Source: Acidimicrobiia bacterium
Lineage (GTDB): Bacteria > Actinomycetota > Acidimicrobiia > Spongiisociales > UBA4744
Length of the DNA stretch: 64,000 nucleotides
Direction: 5' to 3'
Assembly: GCA_029863625.1 (NCBI GenBank)
Contig: JAOTUY010000009.1
Span: forward strand, 1,523 to 65,522
Shown here: positions 60,920 through 64,000 of the stretch, piece after piece
Numbering within the stretch: the stretch's first letter is position 1
How the letters are laid out: every line of letters begins with the position of its first letter
Notes under the pieces: model-generated
Databases searched by the model: none
Told to the model about the DNA's origin: nothing
Seen by the model: the letters and a program-made list of their open reading frames with translations, nothing else
Made by a program: the position numbers and the translations under genes

Positions 60920-61827
60920 TCTCCACCGTCTTTCTCGGCACTCCGGCGGCCAGCCTTCCCTGTCTCCGGGTGACGTCCTCATCGACGGATCTCCATCTGG
61001 TCATCACGCGGCCCGACAAGCCGCGCGGCCGCTCGGGACGGGCTCGCTCGTCGCCCGTCAAGGAGGCTGCTACCCGGATGGGGCTCCCGGTTGCGCAACC
61101 GTCCAGCCGCAAGGAACTCGAGGAGATTCTGTTCGAAGTCGCCCCCATCGACGTGGGGGTAGTTGTTGCGTTTGGCATGATCCTGCCTCCGGCGGTGCTC
61201 AACATCCCGAGTCGAGGGTTTGTCAATATCCACTTCTCTCTTCTGCCCCGCTGGCGGGGTGCAACACCGGTCGAGCAGGCAATTCTGAGCGGTGACGAAG
61301 AGACCGGCGTGACACTGATGGTGATGGACGAAAGCTTGGATACAGGACCGATTGTTGCCACGGCAACCACCTCAATCGAACCGACCGAGACGGCCGGTGA
61401 ACTGACCGGCCGGTTGGCTGATCTCGGCGCCGGCCTTCTTTCCGAGCACTTGACGGACTACGCGGAGGGTCGAATGGCTCCGGTTTTTCAGCGAACCGCC
61501 GGGGCAAGCTACGCCAACCGAATCACAACCGACCAGGCAAACGTGAGTGCGAGGTGGCCGTCTGACAAGTTCCTCAGGGCAGTCCGAGCGTACTCTCCCC
61601 GACCGGGAGCCAGATTTGAGGACGGTGCGCTGAAGGTATGGGCGGCTGCCCCAACCGATCTCCCTCCCATTGAGGCTGGTCAACTCGTTTTCGATGGCCG
61701 CCGGCTCTATCTGGGGACTGCGGACCGGCCCGTTGAACTCATCGAAGTGCAAGTTGCGGGCGGAAAACGCATGAGCGGAGCGGCCTGGGCGCGAGGGCGG
61801 CAGGAAGATCTCGGGCGGCTGCCTTGA
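60916..61827 (+). CDS. fmt: Methionyl-tRNA formyltransferase
   Basis: FLGTP, TRPDKPRGR, NIHFSLLPRWRGA.P, LDTGP. Confidence 0.96.
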   Translation: MISTVFLGTPAASLPCLRVTSSSTDLHLVITRPDKPRGRSGRARSSPVKEAATRMGLPVAQPSSRKELEEILFEVAPIDVGVVVAFGMILPPAVLNIPSRGFVNIHFSLLPRWRGATPVEQAILSGDEETGVTLMVMDESLDTGPIVATATTSIEPTETAGELTGRLADLGAGLLSEHLTDYAEGRMAPVFQRTAGASYANRITTDQANVSARWPSDKFLRAVRAYSPRPGARFEDGALKVWAAAPTDLPPIEAGQLVFDGRRLYLGTADRPVELIEVQVAGGKRMSGAAWARGRQEDLGRLP

Positions 61828-63038
61828 AACCGGGGATTGCGGCGCGAACCGCCGCCCGGTTGATTGTGACCCGGGTGCTCCGATCGGGCGCCTACTCCAA
61901 TCTGGTGGTGCGGAGTGTGATACGGGATCTACCCCCCGCCGATGCTCGCCTGGCTCAACGTCTCGCCTACGACACCATCCGCAACCTCTTGAGGATCGAC
62001 CGCACAATCGCGTCGGTGAGCACCCGACCGTTGCACAAGATTCAGGACCATGTGCTCGACACGCTTCGGGTGGGCGTCAACGAGGTGCTCTTCGCCCGAA
62101 CAGCCGACCATGCCGCGGTCGACTCCACCGTTGAGGTGGCGAGAGCCATCCAACCCGGCGCGACCGGTTTCTGTAATGCAATTCTTCGGGCGGTGGTCAC
62201 CGGTGGCGAGCCACCCCTACCGGAGGGCGACCAGGGAACAGCGCTGCGATGGGGCCAACCGCTGTGGATATATGAACTGCTGGGGGAAGCTTGGGATTGG
62301 GGCGAGGCGGAGGCCTTCTTGGCCGCCTCGCAGATGGACGCACCCCGGACGGCCCGCCTTCGCGCGGGTCAAGCTCCGGAGACGGCACGACCGGTGGCAG
62401 GTATCAGCGGCGCGTATGTCTTGGATTCGTCGGAAGCAGTCCCGGACAACATGCAGGTTCAGGACGGCGCATCAATCGCAGTGAGCCTGGCTTTGGACCC
62501 GCACCCGGCCGATCGCATACTGGATCTGGCGGCCGCTCCCGCGGGCAAAGCTCTGCACATAGCGGATGTGATGGACAACCACGGTGTGGTCATCGCCTCC
62601 GACCGTCACCTCCGCCGGGTCGCCGCGGCTGCTCGTCGCATGCAAGATGGCCCGGTCCGCTGGTGCGTAGCGGACGGCCGCCAGACCCCGTACCGGTCAG
62701 ATTCGTTCGATCGGGTGCTGGTGGATGCACCCTGTTCCGGATGGGGGACCTTGCGGCGGCGCCCCGAGGTCCGTTTCCGGACAGAACTTACCGACCTGAC
62801 CAACCTGTCCGGCCTCCAGGCTCAGATGGTGAACGAAGCCCTCCGGGTAGTGAAGCCCGGCGGCTTGGTCGTGTATTCGGTCTGCACGGTGACCCCCCAA
62901 GAAACCATCTGTGTCATCGAAGGTTTGCAGACCGAACCGATTACAGGTCTGCCGGGCCGCCCTTGGGGCGGAGGCTGGCTACTGGCACCGCATCTTACGG
63001 GTACGGACGGCATGTTCATCACCAGAATCCGGGGATAG
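61824..63038 (+). CDS. rsmB: 16S rRNA m5C967 methyltransferase (NusB-like domain plus SAM domain)
   Basis: VQDGAS, LDLAAAPAGK, VDAPCSG.GTLRRRPE, YSVCT. Confidence 0.9.
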   Translation: MKPGIAARTAARLIVTRVLRSGAYSNLVVRSVIRDLPPADARLAQRLAYDTIRNLLRIDRTIASVSTRPLHKIQDHVLDTLRVGVNEVLFARTADHAAVDSTVEVARAIQPGATGFCNAILRAVVTGGEPPLPEGDQGTALRWGQPLWIYELLGEAWDWGEAEAFLAASQMDAPRTARLRAGQAPETARPVAGISGAYVLDSSEAVPDNMQVQDGASIAVSLALDPHPADRILDLAAAPAGKALHIADVMDNHGVVIASDRHLRRVAAAARRMQDGPVRWCVADGRQTPYRSDSFDRVLVDAPCSGWGTLRRRPEVRFRTELTDLTNLSGLQAQMVNEALRVVKPGGLVVYSVCTVTPQETICVIEGLQTEPITGLPGRPWGGGWLLAPHLTGTDGMFITRIRG

Positions 63039-63056
63039 GAGGTTTACACTCGCCGG

Positions 63057-63722
63057 ATGAAGCCCGCCCGGATTGCGCCTTCCTTGCTGGCCGCCGATTT
63101 TGCCCGGCTCGGCGAAGATGTGCAGAGGATCGAGCCCGACGTCGATATGCTGCATCTCGATGTGATGGACGGGCATTTCGTCCCGAACATCAGTTTTGGT
63201 ATGCCGGTAATCGCTTCGCTGCGCGCCGCAACCACCGTTTACTTCGATTGTCACCTGATGACCACCAATCCAGACGTCTACCTGGAAGACCTCAAAGAGG
63301 CCGGAGCCGATCTGGTCACCGTTCACATCGAAGTGGTTCCCAACCCCACCAACATTGCCAGAAGGGCCAGGGAAATCGGGCTCGATTTTGGGTTAGTGAT
63401 AAGCCCCTCCACACCCTTCGCGGGTGTGGAACCGTTCGTGGAACTGACGGACCTCCTTCTTGTCATGTCGGTGCACCCCGGCTTCGGAGGCCAGTCGTTC
63501 ATGCCCGAAGTCCTGCCGAGAATTGAAGCCGCGAGAAATTACATTGATTCGCATGCACTTTCGGTCGATATAGAAGTCGACGGCGGCATAACCGCCCAGA
63601 CGGCTCCGTTGGCCAGGCAGGCCGGCGCTGAGGTCTTTGTCGCCGGGACGGCGATCTTCAGGGATCCCGACCCACGTGCGGCAGTCCGTCGGTTGAGAGA
63701 CGCGATCGAAGCAGTGGAGTGA
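63057..63722 (+). CDS. rpe: Ribulose-phosphate 3-epimerase
   Basis: IAPSLLAADF, HLDVMDGHFVPN, MSV.PGFGGQ, VDGGI. Confidence 0.97.
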   Translation: MKPARIAPSLLAADFARLGEDVQRIEPDVDMLHLDVMDGHFVPNISFGMPVIASLRAATTVYFDCHLMTTNPDVYLEDLKEAGADLVTVHIEVVPNPTNIARRAREIGLDFGLVISPSTPFAGVEPFVELTDLLLVMSVHPGFGGQSFMPEVLPRIEAARNYIDSHALSVDIEVDGGITAQTAPLARQAGAEVFVAGTAIFRDPDPRAAVRRLRDAIEAVE

Positions 63723-63723
63723 G

Positions 63724-64000
63724 ATGCCGGAAAGAATCCTGGTTGCAGACGACGACCCGGACATCCTTCAGTTCGTCAGGGTGAATCTGGAACTCGAAGG
63801 TTTCGAGGTCGACGTCGCCCATGACGGGAAGGAAGCCATAGCCAAGGTGATGGCTTCGCCGCCCGATCTGGTGCTCCTCGACGTGATGATGCCTGAGATG
63901 GACGGGCTCACAGCCTTGCGACGCCTGCGTATGCACCCCGCCGCCACCAACACATCGGTGATCCTGTTGACTGCGAAGACCCTTCCTGAGGACCGAGTGC
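63724..64000 (+). CDS. Response regulator receiver-domain protein, truncated by the window end
   Basis: Hand translation: MPERILVADDDPDIL...PDLVLLDVMMPEMDG...VILLTAK. Confidence 0.88.
   Translation, partial: MPERILVADDDPDILQFVRVNLELEGFEVDVAHDGKEAIAKVMASPPDLVLLDVMMPEMDGLTALRRLRMHPAATNTSVILLTAKTLPEDRV

Overview
High-GC actinobacterial core-genome region, almost entirely on the + strand. Acidimicrobiia is a likely class; this is inferred from the pgsA-acyltransferase-pimA block, mIHF, Thr-rich linkers, queA/tgt and a monoderm type IV pilus. Housekeeping order: EF-G2 (partial, - strand), pgsA, PIM acyltransferase, pimA, DUF3048, pdxST, yebC, [DUF2237 (-), DapB-like], ruvCAB, queA, tgt, yajC, secDF, apt, rel, [three large minor-pilin genes], MBL hydrolase, hisS, aspS, rarA, small membrane protein, alaS, ruvX, mltG, aroE, [DUF4388, pilB, pilT, pilC, pilA, pilD, pilMNO, PilP-like], aroCKB, efp, nusB, PyrR attenuator with pyrR-pyrB-pyrC-carAB-pyrD-pyrF, mIHF, gmk, rpoZ, coaBC, metK, priA, def, fmt, rsmB, rpe and a partial response regulator. 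I saw no rRNA, tRNA, CRISPR or IS element. The most interesting signal is a split, secretin-less type IVa pilus system. Its two loci share five sigma28/WhiG-like promoter motifs with identical 16-nt spacing and a TGACTAGTCA palindrome. Its PilT retraction ATPase carries an unusual PilB-like (MshEN-type) N-terminal extension. Other oddities: probable CTG start codons (priA, gmk), a DapB homologue lacking the catalytic His-His, and a LexA-like box over the ruvC start codon.
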